A stretch of DNA of 64,000 nt, from the NCBI GenBank assembly GCA_964106645.2, contig OZ067039.1. One strand, given 5' to 3'. The DNA comes from Podarcis pityusensis. Taxonomy: Eukaryota. The notes beneath the pieces are model-generated. The model did no database searches. It was not told the origin of the DNA and saw only the letters and a list, made by a program, of their open reading frames with translations. Position 1 is the first letter of the stretch. Each line of letters opens with the position of its first letter. The position numbers and the translations under genes are program-made. Below, piece after piece: positions 63,281 through 64,000 of this stretch.

Positions 63281-63379
63281 CAGGCATGCCTCAGGGATGC
63301 CTCAGGGATATTACGGGTTCAGTTCCAGACCACGGCAATAAAAAACAAATATTACAATAAAGCCAGTCACACACATTTT
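63281..63379. mobile_element. Tigger1-like terminal fragment
   Basis: TA|caggcatgcctcaggg...atattacgggttcagttccagaccacggcaataaa resembles the recalled Tigger1 end. Contains an 11-bp tandem duplication (atgcctcaggg). Confidence 0.7.
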
Positions 63380-63793
63380 AGACTTAAAGGGAAAAAATCA
63401 ATTGAAAAGGGATGTGCATATCATTCATATTCATCTTCATAATAAAAATAACTTGAATGTGGGAAGGCAATTTACTCAGGAGGAGCATCCACCCCACATC
63501 CCTATGCAGGAAAAGAGGTGGATCCCTTGCATCGACTTTAGATCAGAAGAACAGGAATCTGTGTAAACCACTATTAAGAAGGTACTACTGTCTCACCCTG
63601 GAAGTCACAGCCCACAAAACCTTCTGTATCTTTAGTAGACCTGTAAAATTTCAGCACATGGACCATGTCACTCAGGGATAAGAAAAGCTGCTCCTCCTGT
63701 AATTCTCTCTTCTGCCCAACTAAGAAAAACACACAAGCTCTGTCCTCATGAGAAGATGCACAGAATCAATTGGTGCAGCAGAATCCCAGCACA

Positions 63794-64000
63794 GTAAGGT
63801 AAAGGTAAAGAACCCCTGGACAGTTAAGTCCAGTCAAAGGTGACTATGGGGTGTGGCGCTCATCTCGCTTCATGCCGAGGGAGCCGGCGTTTGTCCACAG
63901 ACAGCTTTCCGGGTCGTGGCCAGCATGACTATACTGCTTCTGGTGCAACGGAACACCCTAACAGAAACAAGAGCGCACAGAAACGCCGTTTACCTTCCCG
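63794..64000 (-). mobile_element. Sauria SINE, different subfamily, runs off the window end
   Basis: aaggtaaaggtaaag tail; gcgctcatctc...gagggagccggcgt body. Confidence 0.92.

Larger units (their letters stand above)
1..64000 (-). other. SEPTIN9: Window lies within the SEPTIN9 5' introns
   Basis: An internal exon 2 requires an upstream exon 1a, and both exons splice to a common exon. Neither exon 1a nor the common exon was found in the window. Confidence 0.75.

Noticed and set aside
26449-64000. SEPTIN9 exon 1a (MKKSYS) and i2 first exon (MSDPAVNAQLDGIISDFE)
   Set aside because: A visual search found neither exon and no CpG island. They are probably beyond the right edge; tblastn would settle this.

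Overview
This is vertebrate genomic DNA from a squamate, probably a lacertid lizard (inferred from the Sauria/Squam SINEs, BovB, and hAT and mariner MITEs). It is CpG-poor and rich in transposable elements. The window lies in the 5' part of SEPTIN9 on the minus strand. Two small coding exons are recognisable: the 57-nt exon 2 of the microtubule-binding isoform i1 (26392-26448, GLSRTSSGRLRRFGDPTSP) and the alternative first exon of isoform i3 (CDS 11255-11276, MERDRIT). I did not find exon 1a, the i2 first exon or the large common exon, so they presumably lie outside the window. The rest is intron filled with SINEs, LINE 3' ends, DNA-transposon MITEs, one solo LTR and microsatellites. Almost all ORFs in the supplied track look like chance or repeat-derived frames. 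The best candidate for something undescribed is the solo LTR (28346-28960). It carries a decayed ~135-codon frame starting at LTR base 5 that is acidic and Trp-rich and ends in a reconstructable RRSxRL motif. Also notable are a uORF cluster in the i3 leader and a head-to-head MITE pair forming a ~475-bp palindrome. Repeat family names come from recalled consensus sequences, not from a database search.
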